NCBI GenBank assembly: GCA_963740315.1
Contig: CAVUDP010000002.1
Coordinates: 3,872,001-3,936,000 of the forward strand
Direction: 5' to 3'
DNA length: 64,000 nucleotides
From: an uncultured cyanobacterium
GTDB lineage: Bacteria > Cyanobacteriota > Cyanobacteriia > Cyanobacteriales > Nostocaceae
The translations under genes were made by a program, and so were the position numbers. Position 1 is the first letter of the stretch, and each line of letters opens with the position of its first letter. Below, in pieces: positions 50,266 to 61,201 of this stretch. The notes beneath the pieces were generated by a model. That model made no database searches, was not told the DNA's origin, and saw only the letters and a list, made by a program, of their open reading frames with translations.

Positions 50266-50529
50266 TTAAGCTTTTGCCTTTTTAGAATTCTGATTGCTCG
50301 CTAAACTTGCATGATATTTTTCAATTGCTCGGTGATGGGCAATTGGGTCTTGATGATTATGAAACCAATCTTGAATAAGTTCTAAATTATATCGAATACA
50401 ACGACTGTTCAATTTCACCCAATGGGTTCCTTCAATCCATGTTCCATCTAAACGATATTTTTTCAGTGTAGAAAAGCTCATGTTTAGAATCTCTGATGCT
50501 TGTTGCTTTGTCACAAACTGGAACACCAT
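50266..50529 (-). CDS. Excisionase-like winged-HTH protein
   Basis: ASEILNMSFSTLKKYRL..YNLELIQDW; near the integrase. Confidence 0.75.
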   Translation of the reverse strand: MVFQFVTKQQASEILNMSFSTLKKYRLDGTWIEGTHWVKLNSRCIRYNLELIQDWFHNHQDPIAHHRAIEKYHASLASNQNSKKAKA

Positions 50530-50799
50530 AGCTTACTCCCCTAAAATATATTCTTTGCTTTCTTATAACCAAAGCATAAGTAGATAATATACTGAGAACT
50601 TTAATTTTTATTTATATATCACTATAGTGATAGTTTTTTTATGACTATGGTAATAAATTGGTTTACGTCATAGGGAAAGCATTCAAAGTGAATATTTAAT
50701 AGAAAATAACTTTAATAGTTTAGAAGGCTAACTTCTGCTAAATAATTGAAAAATTAGAAGAGGTATGACTGAGAATGTACATAGCTATTAGATAAAACT

Positions 50800-51816
50800 A
50801 TGAATAATTCAATCGATAACTGTTTTATTACAGACCCATTAGACTTGAATTACATTTCCCATGTTGTGAACCAAGTATTAGAATCGAAACATCATTTAGC
50901 CGATGTCAAGGATTTACAAGCAGCTCTAAGAGAAGTTAGTTTAGAGCATGGTCAAGAAATACAAATGAACCTTGTCTTTGAAGAAAATCAACTGAGTGGA
51001 TTCAACTTTTCTTTCACCAACGACTCTAGTAAAACGACAGCTAATATTCCTTTCAAGCAGCAACAAAGCAATATCTCTTCAGAAAAGGGTGATATTATTT
51101 CTGGAAAACAAACAATTTCTTCTGTTGTGACACAATCAGAAAATAATCTGACAGCTTCTTCTCCATCATCTCAAAAAATAACCATTACACCGGGGTTACA
51201 AGTAGAAGACCAACACATTATCAATCCGGAACAACCGGAAAATAAAACAATTCTCAAATCATCGTTTTCAATTAAAGAAAATATCAATCCTAGCTTAATA
51301 AATATTGCGAATCAATTAGCGAATCAACAAGAAGTTAATGGATTGTTATTAACTGGATTACCTCTAAAATCAAGTATTAATTTAAAAGATACTTTGCAAC
51401 AAGAGGAACAACCAGATGTTCAAACTGCTGGATTAGCAATACTTAGACGCTTTGAGCAAGTTCTACCGCAAGAGTTTATAGAGTTAAAAGCAGGTGAAGC
51501 TCCCAAAGCTTTTAATTGGAAAGATCCAGAATCAAATAAACAATATCGCTTTTGTTTTGAAGCGGCTAAAACTGATTTAGATGGAAATGTTTTAATACCT
51601 GCTTCTTTGAAGGGGTTTGATACAAAATCTGTAGAAACTGAACAACAAGTATTTGCTGCGACTCTAATAGATTCTAAATACAACCGTTGGAGTATTGAAC
51701 AATGTGATTTTAATAAAAACCAGATTCAATCTTTAAAGAAAGCATCACAATCCACACTCCCCAATCATTCAACCGCATCATTGGATGCGGTTAATGATTT
51801 TTCTTATGAAATATAA
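50800..51816 (+). CDS. Hypothetical protein heading the second T4SS cluster
   Basis: 338-aa ORF. Confidence 0.65.
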   Translation: MNNSIDNCFITDPLDLNYISHVVNQVLESKHHLADVKDLQAALREVSLEHGQEIQMNLVFEENQLSGFNFSFTNDSSKTTANIPFKQQQSNISSEKGDIISGKQTISSVVTQSENNLTASSPSSQKITITPGLQVEDQHIINPEQPENKTILKSSFSIKENINPSLINIANQLANQQEVNGLLLTGLPLKSSINLKDTLQQEEQPDVQTAGLAILRRFEQVLPQEFIELKAGEAPKAFNWKDPESNKQYRFCFEAAKTDLDGNVLIPASLKGFDTKSVETEQQVFAATLIDSKYNRWSIEQCDFNKNQIQSLKKASQSTLPNHSTASLDAVNDFSYEI

Positions 51817-51842
51817 AAGTTTCATCATTTTACTAATTAACT

Positions 51843-52496
51843 ATGTACAGCAAAGAGAAATATACTTCGAGAAATGAGTTGTACGAAAAGGAGAAAATCA
51901 AAACTGCTGCTGCTAATATTTATTATTCAAGTGTCCTGACATTAGCCACAAATGTATGGACAAAAACAGATACTAGATTGAGCTTGTTTTTAGGGCTTAG
52001 TTTAATTTATTTAACTGTAAAAGAACCGCTGTTAATTTCAATTATCTTATCTCTAAGCTTATTCTTCTACTGTTTGCATAGGATAATTAAACTAATACCT
52101 TGGCTGAACAAAATAGTTAACGCTAAAATACATTTTTGGCATATAGCGGGTTTAATTATTGCATTAACTGCGACTCTAACGGTATTTGAATTGCCAGCAC
52201 ACGCAATTTTCTTAAGTGGATTAGAAGAATTTTTAGCAGGCATTGCTGAAGAAAGTTCTACGGGAGGAGCAAGCACAATCTCGCCAGAAGCAATAACTTT
52301 AGTATTTAACGCAATTCGTGGAGTTTTTCTGTTACTGGTAGGAGTTGCTGCATTATTTGCCTATAACCAAGCACAGCAAGGGAACGACTGGCGGCCAATC
52401 GCGACTCAAGCAGGTTTAGCGATTGGTATTATCCTCACGGTTGATGTTATTACTTTCCTATTTATTGGTGACGGAACTGCTGGAGGGGGAGGATAG
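51843..52496 (+). CDS. Pilin-like (VirB2-like) membrane protein
   Basis: PAHAIF, FNAIRG, DW and Gly-rich end; paralog of 32639-33220. Confidence 0.55.
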   Translation: MYSKEKYTSRNELYEKEKIKTAAANIYYSSVLTLATNVWTKTDTRLSLFLGLSLIYLTVKEPLLISIILSLSLFFYCLHRIIKLIPWLNKIVNAKIHFWHIAGLIIALTATLTVFELPAHAIFLSGLEEFLAGIAEESSTGGASTISPEAITLVFNAIRGVFLLLVGVAALFAYNQAQQGNDWRPIATQAGLAIGIILTVDVITFLFIGDGTAGGGG

Positions 52497-52528
52497 GAGT
52501 GAGGGAGTGAGGGAGTGAGAGAGGGAGT
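52496..52528 (+). repeat. GGAGTGAG-type short tandem repeat
   Basis: Related copies at ~58461-58497, ~60250-60287 and ~62119-62155; inverse copy inside the ORF at ~60463-60505. Confidence 0.7.
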
Positions 52529-52529
52529 A

Positions 52530-52868
52530 ATGAATTGGGATAAAGAGCCGATTAAAGTAAATAAAATATTAGGCAAGCAAGCAGGATTCGGTCCCATTCC
52601 AGCTAATCAAATTTTGCCTTGGTTCGCAATTATCACCCTCTCCTACTTTATCTTCGATGGACTGCTCAGTTGGGGAATACCCAAGGTCGCAGTTATCAGT
52701 TTTTGGTTAATTTTAAGTTGGTGGTTCGTGACGGGAAAAGACCCGGATAAATACATTAATCGTTTTCGTAAACCCAAAGGCAGCAACTGGACTATTGGTG
52801 GTGCAATGTACGTATCTCCTCTGCTCTCTCGGAATATCAGAAAGCAACTCAAGAAACATAGACGGTAA
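52530..52868 (+). CDS. VirB3-like small membrane protein
   Basis: VNKILGKQAGFGPIPANQILPW. Confidence 0.6.
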   Translation: MNWDKEPIKVNKILGKQAGFGPIPANQILPWFAIITLSYFIFDGLLSWGIPKVAVISFWLILSWWFVTGKDPDKYINRFRKPKGSNWTIGGAMYVSPLLSRNIRKQLKKHRR

Positions 52869-55741
52869 TGAAAGCTCATATCCAAACGATAAATTCTATC
52901 GACCAAAGTAACGAGAAATCGCAATACATCCCCTTTGAAAACGAACTCGACCTCTGCTGCATGGTTCGTATCGAACGGGATAATCGTAAAGTCGGAGCAT
53001 TTTTACTTAATCAAGGTGATATTAAAGACGAAAACCAATTCCAAGTAGTTTTTGCATTCCAAATCAAAGGTATCCACAACCAACTTTACCCAGAAGAAAT
53101 ATCATCGATATCAGCTTCTATCTCTGAAGCACTGAAATCTATTCTTCCAGGAGAAAAATGTACTTTTCTTCTAGGACGTTATTCAGATGACTCTGCAAGA
53201 CAACAATATCTTAATAGCCTTGCTGAAAACTGTTCGTTAAAATTACCAGCCATATTAACCCGTAACGAACAAGCAAGAGTACAAGAACTAACTCGCAAGG
53301 GAACACGGTCAACCTGGCAACAAATTGTATTCTGTACCTGGACTGTAGATAAATTTGGAGAAAATAAAACTGACCCTTTATCTAAATTAATTTACTATTC
53401 GGGGAAAGCAGGACGTTTTTTCTTAGATAACGTTACCGGACGTATATCACAAAGACAAGAACAGCTTCTGAATGTCTTATTGATGAAAGCCTATACTCAA
53501 GGGTTTATTCAATGGGAGATGCTTTTCAATACAAAAGCAGGATTAGAACTTTCTCCACTTGATGATACGCAATTATGGTCGTGGTTGTGGAACAGATTTA
53601 ATAAATACGAAGCACCACCTATTCCTCAGTTGCTAGTTATTGCTCCCGACAAAGATAGCGGTATTAAATTAACGGAAGTACAAAATTCTCTCAAACATTC
53701 TACAACTATCTTGATTTCTGGAGAAAAAGGTAGAAGTTCTTGTCCAGAACACCGTCAATGTACTAACCGCGTTTATGTTAAGGACAAAGTTTGTGGTGTT
53801 TTGACGATGACTGATACCGTAATCGCGTGGGTAAATGCAAAAGAACAAATTGCATGGATGTGGAAAGTTCTGAGTGAAAATCACGTCCGCGATACCGAAG
53901 CTTGGGTAGAAATTTCAGCAGCGAACCGATATCTAACCCAAGATAATTTACACCGTCAAGCTAAGCAAACTAAAGCTGCTAGAGAAAGAGCTTTATTTAA
54001 AGGAACTGGTAGAGATGTAGGTGCGGAAATTAAGCAGGAAGAAAGCTTTGATGCACAGAAGAAACTATATAAAGGTGCTGTTCCTCTTAACTGTGCGGTA
54101 GTATTCCTGGTGTACCGCGAGAATGCAGAAAGCTTAGACCTTGCGTGCAACTTACTCTGCAACAGTTTTGGAACAGCTAAAGTAGTTAGAGAAAGAAATA
54201 TCGCTTCTCAAATCTGGTTAGAAACTTTACCAATAACTTGGCGAAGGATATTACATTCGAGTTCAATTCTCAGCGAACGACGATTAGTTTTAGAAAGCGA
54301 AACAGTTGCTGGAATTTTACCGCTGACTCTACCTAAAAAGCTTGATGATAGGGGTGTAGAATTTCTAACTAATAGAGGTGGTAAACCCGTTTGTGTAGAC
54401 TTGTTCACTTATACCCAGCACGCATTAATTACGGGTAAAACTGGTTCTGGTAAATCAGTATTGCTGTGGCGATTTATGCTTGATGCTCTATCCCAAGGGA
54501 TACCTGTGGTTGGAATGGATATACCCGCAGCTGATGGAGAAAGTTCTTTTAAGACAGCTATTGAGTTATTGGGGGATGCTGGGGCTTACTTTGATTTATC
54601 CCGCGCTTCTAATAACCTAATGGAACCTCCAGATTTACGGGACTTTGACGCAGAAGAACGAGCTTCACGGATGAAATCATGGCGTTCGTTTATACGCAAT
54701 GCTTTGAGTGTCATCGTTATGGGACGTTTAGACGCTCCCCACTTGGCACAACGAGTAGATGCAATCTTGATGCAAGCACTGGATGTATTTTTGAGCGACC
54801 CTGACATCATTGAGCGTTATAATCTAGCGTTTTCTAAAGGTTGGAAATCATCCGAATGGCAGGATATACCAACATTAAAGGATTTTTCAAGATTCTGTTC
54901 CATTGCGCGACTGAATATACAAAAACCCGAAGCAATTGACCATCAAGCAATCAACCAAATCAACAGCCAAATTGCCGCACTACTGGTAAGTCCTTTAGGC
55001 ACAGCTATAGGTAAACCCAGCAGCTTTTCACCAGAACCGATGGTTAAATTCTATGCTTTAACAGGCTTAAGTAACGACCAAGATTCTTACACAATGGCTG
55101 TTGCAGCAAAGGCTGCTTGTTTAAGAGTAGCTCTTTCTCACCTTAAAAGTCTTTTTATTGGGGATGAGCTTTCTGTGCTGTTCCGCAAAGATGGCTTCAG
55201 CGCAATGATTGGGGAACTTTGTGCCACCGCACGAAAAGATGGATTAAGTATAGTTTTATCCAGCCAAGACCCAGATACAATCTGTCAATCCGCAGCAGCG
55301 GCAATGATTATGCAGAATATCAGTTACAGAATTACTGGTTGCATTACTTCAAATGCTGTTGCTTCATTTGAGAAGTACTTATCATATCCGGTTGAAATAA
55401 TTGCCCATAATGCTTCGGAATCATTCTTTCCTCGTCGTTCCGATTTGTATTCTTGCTGGTTAATCGAGAAAGGAGGACGCTTTTGGCAAACCAGATTTTA
55501 TCCAGGAGAAATGGCTTTAGCAGCTATAGCAACGAATCAAGAAGAACGCAGTACTCGTCGAGCAATTTTGTCCCAATACCCCAATACCACTAAAGGACAA
55601 TTACAAGGGTTAGCTGAATTTACCAGGGTTTATGTTTCATCTATCAAACAGAATAAAAGTTTATCGCATAGAAATGGAGAAGATAAAAATGTATCAGAAA
55701 AAGATAAAGTTGAAAACAGGGAAACGCCTACGCATACGTAG
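52868..55741 (+). CDS. virB4: VirB4-family T4SS ATPase (cyanobacterial type)
   Basis: GKTGSGKS, FIGDE and ARKDGLSIVLSSQD; colinear similarity with 29423-32140. Confidence 0.85.
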   Translation: MKAHIQTINSIDQSNEKSQYIPFENELDLCCMVRIERDNRKVGAFLLNQGDIKDENQFQVVFAFQIKGIHNQLYPEEISSISASISEALKSILPGEKCTFLLGRYSDDSARQQYLNSLAENCSLKLPAILTRNEQARVQELTRKGTRSTWQQIVFCTWTVDKFGENKTDPLSKLIYYSGKAGRFFLDNVTGRISQRQEQLLNVLLMKAYTQGFIQWEMLFNTKAGLELSPLDDTQLWSWLWNRFNKYEAPPIPQLLVIAPDKDSGIKLTEVQNSLKHSTTILISGEKGRSSCPEHRQCTNRVYVKDKVCGVLTMTDTVIAWVNAKEQIAWMWKVLSENHVRDTEAWVEISAANRYLTQDNLHRQAKQTKAARERALFKGTGRDVGAEIKQEESFDAQKKLYKGAVPLNCAVVFLVYRENAESLDLACNLLCNSFGTAKVVRERNIASQIWLETLPITWRRILHSSSILSERRLVLESETVAGILPLTLPKKLDDRGVEFLTNRGGKPVCVDLFTYTQHALITGKTGSGKSVLLWRFMLDALSQGIPVVGMDIPAADGESSFKTAIELLGDAGAYFDLSRASNNLMEPPDLRDFDAEERASRMKSWRSFIRNALSVIVMGRLDAPHLAQRVDAILMQALDVFLSDPDIIERYNLAFSKGWKSSEWQDIPTLKDFSRFCSIARLNIQKPEAIDHQAINQINSQIAALLVSPLGTAIGKPSSFSPEPMVKFYALTGLSNDQDSYTMAVAAKAACLRVALSHLKSLFIGDELSVLFRKDGFSAMIGELCATARKDGLSIVLSSQDPDTICQSAAAAMIMQNISYRITGCITSNAVASFEKYLSYPVEIIAHNASESFFPRRSDLYSCWLIEKGGRFWQTRFYPGEMALAAIATNQEERSTRRAILSQYPNTTKGQLQGLAEFTRVYVSSIKQNKSLSHRNGEDKNVSEKDKVENRETPTHT

Positions 55742-56618
55742 ATTTCCAGGTAAGAGTAGAGAAGGTAGAAAGCATAAAGCAGAAGCTAAAAACAAAATAA
55801 CTAACTGCTTACGTTTTGTACCCTCTAACTTTTATCTTATTGTTAAAAGTGTTTCAATAATTGGAATAACAGTTGCAAGCTTGAATTTAATTGCAATCAA
55901 CTCTTCGTTTGCAGCAACCTCAGATGTCTCAGACAACCAAAAAGCTACTCAAATAGAACGTTCAACATTTAACAGAAACTCATCAAATGAAATCCAAGGA
56001 TTTATTAATGATGTACGTTCCTTTGTTCGCGGTGATTTCTTCGGTAATATTAAGCAACTTGTTCAAAATTCAATTGGTTCGGTTGATATCCCCGATTTGG
56101 GTGAAGTTGTAAGCGAAATTATGAGAGGTTCGCTCCCTGGAGATGGTGTTACGTCAAACAGATTAGAGAATAATCTTCCTAATTCCTATGCCATTCGTCA
56201 AGATTTAGCGAATCAAAGTGAAAGAGTAGGAGCAATTGAAGTAGCGCAGAATAAAACTATGAGCAAAAATGCTCAACAACAGTCCCTTAAAACTCTTGAA
56301 TTAAGCGCTAATTCTGAAATTGAATCAAGTCAAATGTCAGATGATTCTCAAAATACTGACACTTCACAGCAAATTCTTCAGAACATCTCACAGCAGCTAA
56401 AAAATAATACGACTATCTCCAATTTGCTGTTAAAAGAAGCGAATCAAGCACGACAAGATAAAGCCTTGGGGTTAACTCTGACCGCTCAAGCTGCACAAGA
56501 ATTAAATGCTGCAAATACTAGAGAAAGACAAAGTGCGATCGCCACTGGGAATCGTGCTGTATCTCAGGGTTCTTTGTTGATGATGCCTGGTGCTTCTATT
56601 CTTGGTCAGCCAAATTAA
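55632..56618 (+). CDS. Secreted helical T4SS protein, VirB5/TrbJ-like (true start probably downstream)
   Basis: Hydrophobic signal segment; SQQILQNISQQ parallels TQNVMKRIAQQ of 28694-29407. Confidence 0.5.
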   Translation: MFHLSNRIKVYRIEMEKIKMYQKKIKLKTGKRLRIRRFPGKSREGRKHKAEAKNKITNCLRFVPSNFYLIVKSVSIIGITVASLNLIAINSSFAATSDVSDNQKATQIERSTFNRNSSNEIQGFINDVRSFVRGDFFGNIKQLVQNSIGSVDIPDLGEVVSEIMRGSLPGDGVTSNRLENNLPNSYAIRQDLANQSERVGAIEVAQNKTMSKNAQQQSLKTLELSANSEIESSQMSDDSQNTDTSQQILQNISQQLKNNTTISNLLLKEANQARQDKALGLTLTAQAAQELNAANTRERQSAIATGNRAVSQGSLLMMPGASILGQPN

Positions 56619-56636
56619 TAAAATAGTATCTTAGAC

Positions 56637-57725
56637 ATGTCTCTCCCCATCTTCGTAATTCAAATACCATCTGACAATTATTCCGACTCGGCTGTTGGCA
56701 TCAGTTTAGTAAGAAGCAGTATCGAACTGAGTCAACAAACCGTTGAATCTTGGAATAAAGTTTGGGGAGACGTAATTAACCCTTCGGGTGCATTATGGGC
56801 TGGTTTATGTAATCTGGGTACGACACTTGCAGCTTTGAGCATTATTTTACTTGCTATAAAGATGGCTGCCGATTATCAAGAAAAGCGGTTTTTATGGTCG
56901 GAATTAGCTGCATCTGTAATCTACCCTTTGGTTATTGCTCTTTTTTTAGGAAGTAACGGGTATTTACTTTCCCAAACTGTACTTATCATCAGAAATATTG
57001 GTCATCAGCAAGTTGTTAGCGTTCTTGATATTCAACTCGCCGATACAACTTTTAAAAGTGCAATCTCTAACGTTACTTTGACCCAAAATGTCAAAACTCA
57101 AGTGTCTACAATTTATGCAGAATGTCAGGGGAAGACTGGTAAACCTCTAACAGATTGTCTTCAAGAAAAAAGACCGATAATAGAAGAAATTCTCGAAACA
57201 GCAGAACAACAAAACAACGCACCATTAGAGCAAGCACGACAAACTGTTGCAGAATTGAAGGATTTTGTACAAAATCCTGGGACAGTTTTTAATGCTTCTA
57301 TTTCTTTAATACTAATTACATTTCTCTATGCCCTTCAATGGGCATTTGTCAATATTTTAGAAGCAGCACTAATGATGACGGCAACATTTGCACCTATTGC
57401 TTTAGGATTAAGTTTATTACCTTTAGGTTCAAAACCGATATGGGCTTGGGCTAGCGGTTTTATATCTTTGTTTGGAGTACAGTTAGGCTACAACATTATA
57501 GTTGGTTTAGCCGCAACAGTAATCGTTTCTGCTGGGGCACAAAGTGCTTCCGATTTAGCATTTTTAGCATTTATTAGTATCTTTGCTCCTGCGCTTGCTC
57601 TGTTAATTGCTGGTGGTGGGGGAATTGCACTTTATACAGGTATTAATAGTAGAGTTCCGGCGCTTGTAAATGCTGCTTTTGACGGAGTAGTTGCTGTTGC
57701 TACTGGCTTTGTCGGGAAGGTATAA
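56637..57725 (+). CDS. VirB6-like polytopic membrane protein
   Basis: LQWAF..E..APIALGLSLLP..AWASGF. Confidence 0.65.
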   Translation: MSLPIFVIQIPSDNYSDSAVGISLVRSSIELSQQTVESWNKVWGDVINPSGALWAGLCNLGTTLAALSIILLAIKMAADYQEKRFLWSELAASVIYPLVIALFLGSNGYLLSQTVLIIRNIGHQQVVSVLDIQLADTTFKSAISNVTLTQNVKTQVSTIYAECQGKTGKPLTDCLQEKRPIIEEILETAEQQNNAPLEQARQTVAELKDFVQNPGTVFNASISLILITFLYALQWAFVNILEAALMMTATFAPIALGLSLLPLGSKPIWAWASGFISLFGVQLGYNIIVGLAATVIVSAGAQSASDLAFLAFISIFAPALALLIAGGGGIALYTGINSRVPALVNAAFDGVVAVATGFVGKV

Positions 57726-57728
57726 CTG

Positions 57729-58484
57729 ATGTTAAAAAGTTTAAGGCAAGTTCGACGACCTAAATTATTAATCGATTCCAAAGACATACTTCCCTTATGC
57801 TTTATCGGGCTGACAACATTTAGCTTGATAAGCTTTTTATTTCTATTGTTTTTAAGCTTTAAAGTTAATCAACTTGCTGCAAGAAAAACAACGTTTGTGC
57901 AATTAGTTAACGGTCGCGCTTTGGTTATTTCGGAACAACACTATTTATATCGTCACCCAGAAGTTGTAAAAAATACTGTCAGACAGTGGGCAAATTTAAC
58001 TTTTAATTGGGATGGTGTTATTCCGGGTACCAAAGAGTTAGATAAAGGAAGAAATTTAGGTAAAGGTAAACGTGTTACTACAAATGCTTATATTGCTTCG
58101 TTTTTAATTCAATCGGGTAAAAAAGGGTTTCGTAATGCTGTACTTGAAGAACTTGCTGACATTACACCTGCTCGCGTATTCAACGGTCAAGTTCGTTCCA
58201 AAATCATTATTTCCTATTTATCCGCTCCCAGACAAGTAAAAATGGGTGAATGGGAAATAGATATGGTCGCAACAAGAGTATTAGTAAACTTACCTGGTGG
58301 TGCGGATGAAGAAATAAATTTCAACCGCACTTTTAGATTAAAAGCGGTGGATATTCCTTCTCCACAATCGAATGATAGTTCTGCATTAGAACAGCAATTA
58401 TACGAGATAAGAAGTGCAGGCTTGGAAATAGTTAAGATTTCTGAGTTTACGGGAGGGGTAAGGAGTGAGGGAGGGAGAGAGTGA
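57729..58484 (+). CDS. VirB8-like bitopic protein
   Basis: TM, FVQLVNG, FNWDG and RSAGLEI. Confidence 0.55.
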   Translation: MLKSLRQVRRPKLLIDSKDILPLCFIGLTTFSLISFLFLLFLSFKVNQLAARKTTFVQLVNGRALVISEQHYLYRHPEVVKNTVRQWANLTFNWDGVIPGTKELDKGRNLGKGKRVTTNAYIASFLIQSGKKGFRNAVLEELADITPARVFNGQVRSKIIISYLSAPRQVKMGEWEIDMVATRVLVNLPGGADEEINFNRTFRLKAVDIPSPQSNDSSALEQQLYEIRSAGLEIVKISEFTGGVRSEGGRE

Positions 58485-58523
58485 GAGAGCGAGGGAAGAG
58501 AACATAATAAATAGTAATTTTAT

Positions 58524-60259
58524 ATGAACAATAATCAAGAAAACCATCAAAATGAACTACTTGATGATGAATTAACTCCGGAAGAGGAATTGGAAATATC
58601 GGGATATCAGCCCGAACAAGTTGCTTTAATTGACCAAGAGTTTTTAATTGAGCAAGATAACGAACAAGCAAACCGCAATCGGGAAGCGAAAATCCTTTAG
58701 TCAGATTTGCGATCGCGTCTGCGGTAGTCGGTGGTGTTATGGGGTTTGGTTGGATGATTTGGTCAATCTTCTTTTCTCCTAAACCAGTTGTTAAAGCTCC
58801 AACACCAAAACCAACATCAAAAGCCTTTGAAAATGAAGAAAGCTCGGAAGCAGCACGTCTCAAAGCTGAATTAGCACTGCGGAACCAAGCAAGTCGGAAT
58901 GTCGAACAACCTCCCGTACAAACTCCACCTTCACCAAAACCAAAGCCTAGTAAACCCGTAAGAACAGCTCGCAAACCAAAACCCCCGAAACCCAGAATCA
59001 TCCGAGAAAAAGTCCCATCACCACCCAGAATCATTCGAGAAACAGTGCCATCACCACCCAGAATCATTCGAGAAACAGTGCCATCACCACCCAGAATCAT
59101 TCGAGAAACAGTACCATCACCACCAAGAATTATTCGAGAAAAAGTACCAAATAACGTTCAACTAAAGAATACAGTTGCTAAAACTTCTCCCGTTCCTTCT
59201 CCGACTAAAATTGAAAAAATAGACCCCTTTGAACGTTGGAATAAGCTAGCTATATTAGGACAACAAACAACATCACAACGTAATAATTTTTCAAGCAATA
59301 ATCAATCATTTGAACAAGCACAATCGTTACCACATAAATCTGAATCAAAAAGAGAAAATGTTATTTCAAAAAGCGATTATCCATCTGCAAATACCGAAAA
59401 TAATTCATCTGAGATTGTTTTTGCTAACGCTTCCAATAGAGTGAAAGAACCTCAAACATCCACTATGTCAACAGTAAAAACCAATCGTAGTAACCAGTTA
59501 GATAGAAGCCCTTATAAAAATCCAACACCAGGGGAGTTAGGTATTTTAAATCGAACTCCTCCTAATTTGCAACAAGAAACTATTACTGCTTCCAATTCCC
59601 CAATTCAAGTTCAAATTGGAACAAGTGCAGAAGCATCTGTTTTAGTGCCAATAGTTTGGAATGAGGAAGATAATAATCAAGAACGCTTTGCTGTTGAACT
59701 ACAAGAAGACGTTTTATCTATAGATAAACGTGTAGCATTAGCAAAGGGAACTATTTTAATTACAGAAATACATTCAGTTTCTAAAATAAATAGACTTGTT
59801 AAACAAAGCGTTGTTGCAGTTGTTTATAAAGATTCTGCTGGTAGAATTCAACAAAAAACGATACCGAAAAACACAATTTTAATTCGAGGAAAAAACAATA
59901 AACCTTTACTTGCAAAATCTATCTCCGATAAAGGTAAAGCCATTGCTCAACAAGATATTTTAATCGGATTGTTAGGAGCAGCAGGTCGCGCTGGGGAGGT
60001 ATTTAATCAAAATCAAAGCCAATCTTCGACGGTCATTTCTAATAATAGTTTTAGTAGTCAGACATTTAACACCAAGGCTAGAAAACCAAATCTTTTAGCC
60101 GCAGTTGTAGAAGGATTTTTCAAACCCATGTCACAACGATTAAGTCAACGTGCCAATAAAGCTTCCAACGAAATTATGAATCGTCCCGATGTTGCAGTTG
60201 TACCTGCGGGGACGAAGGTTTCGGTTGTTTTTAGTAACTTCTTTGAAGTCAGAGAGTGA
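58524..60259 (+). CDS. virB10: TrbI/VirB10-like protein with apparent frameshift at ~58660
   Basis: Acidic N-terminus from ATG 58524 is out of frame with ENPLVRF..TM; main ORF 58739-60259 ends VPAGTKVSVVF. Confidence 0.7.
58991..59149 (+). repeat. 33-bp coding tandem repeat (PRIIRETVPSP, ~5 copies)
   Basis: CC(C/A)AGAAT(C/T)AT at 58991, 59024, 59057, 59090 and 59123. Confidence 0.9.
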
Positions 60260-60363
60260 GGGAGTGAGAGAGTGAGAGAGGGAGGGAATATTTTGTAGCA
60301 CATAAAATATGCACGCTCATTTAGCCTTTCATGTAATTAAAAATAAGACATTTTGAACGCCCA

Positions 60364-61191
60364 ATGCACAAAAATATCATAATATTCTTCGGATTTGAGC
60401 TTAAACCAATAATGATGAAAAATGTATTATTACCTAAATTAATCAATCAATTTCTCTATACTTCTCTCGCTCTCTCACTCCCTCTCTCCCTCACTCTTTC
60501 CCTCGCTCCATCCTATGCCGAATCAGCGATATTAACAGTCAATACGAACCAAGCTAGAGGTTTAGACTCGAAAGCTATTGATGTAAAAGTTTGGACTGGT
60601 CGAGCAACTGCGATTGATTTTTTAAAAGTTAACGAACGTATTACTCAAATTTTTCTAGCAGACCCGACTCACTTTACTTACGCGACCGATACACCTTTAG
60701 ATAGCGGTCAAGCCACAACTATCTTCTTACGTAAAATACAGCCGCTAAAATTTCCTAATTTAACGACAACAAATATTACAAATCTATTTGTTAAGACTAA
60801 AACTACTGATGGTAAAGCAAATCTGTACACTTTTAACCTACTTCATAGTGATAGCTCACCTGCTTACAGTGGCTTAAGCCTATCTAATCAAACTCCATTA
60901 CCTGATGGAAGGGAACCTACTTTAGAAGTTGGAACATTCAGGAAAGCAACAATTAAAGATATTGAAAATGGTTTAGTTTCTGCTATTCGTAAGGGTTATA
61001 CTCCACCATCTGACCCAGTTGTTACTAAAGTTAGAGAATTTATTGCATTGGCTCGAAATACTTCAGATAAATCGTTGGTTGAAATTGCTCAAAATACAAA
61101 AGTTAGTTTACCTTTATTAACTGAATTAGGATTATTAGGAATTGAAGATAGTTTAAAACAACCTTTACCCAAAAAACCGGAAGCCAAGTAA
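60364..61191 (+). CDS. T4SS secreted component, VirB9-like by position
   Basis: Signal peptide; IDF..ERITQIFLADP..TIFLRKI parallels 24346-25122. Confidence 0.55.
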   Translation: MHKNIIIFFGFELKPIMMKNVLLPKLINQFLYTSLALSLPLSLTLSLAPSYAESAILTVNTNQARGLDSKAIDVKVWTGRATAIDFLKVNERITQIFLADPTHFTYATDTPLDSGQATTIFLRKIQPLKFPNLTTTNITNLFVKTKTTDGKANLYTFNLLHSDSSPAYSGLSLSNQTPLPDGREPTLEVGTFRKATIKDIENGLVSAIRKGYTPPSDPVVTKVREFIALARNTSDKSLVEIAQNTKVSLPLLTELGLLGIEDSLKQPLPKKPEAK

Positions 61192-61201
61192 ATTAATAGG
61201 A

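Noticed and set aside
58447..59100. 217-aa minus-strand ORF with MILGGDGTVSR repeats
   Set aside because: Antisense shadow of the virB10 33-bp repeat
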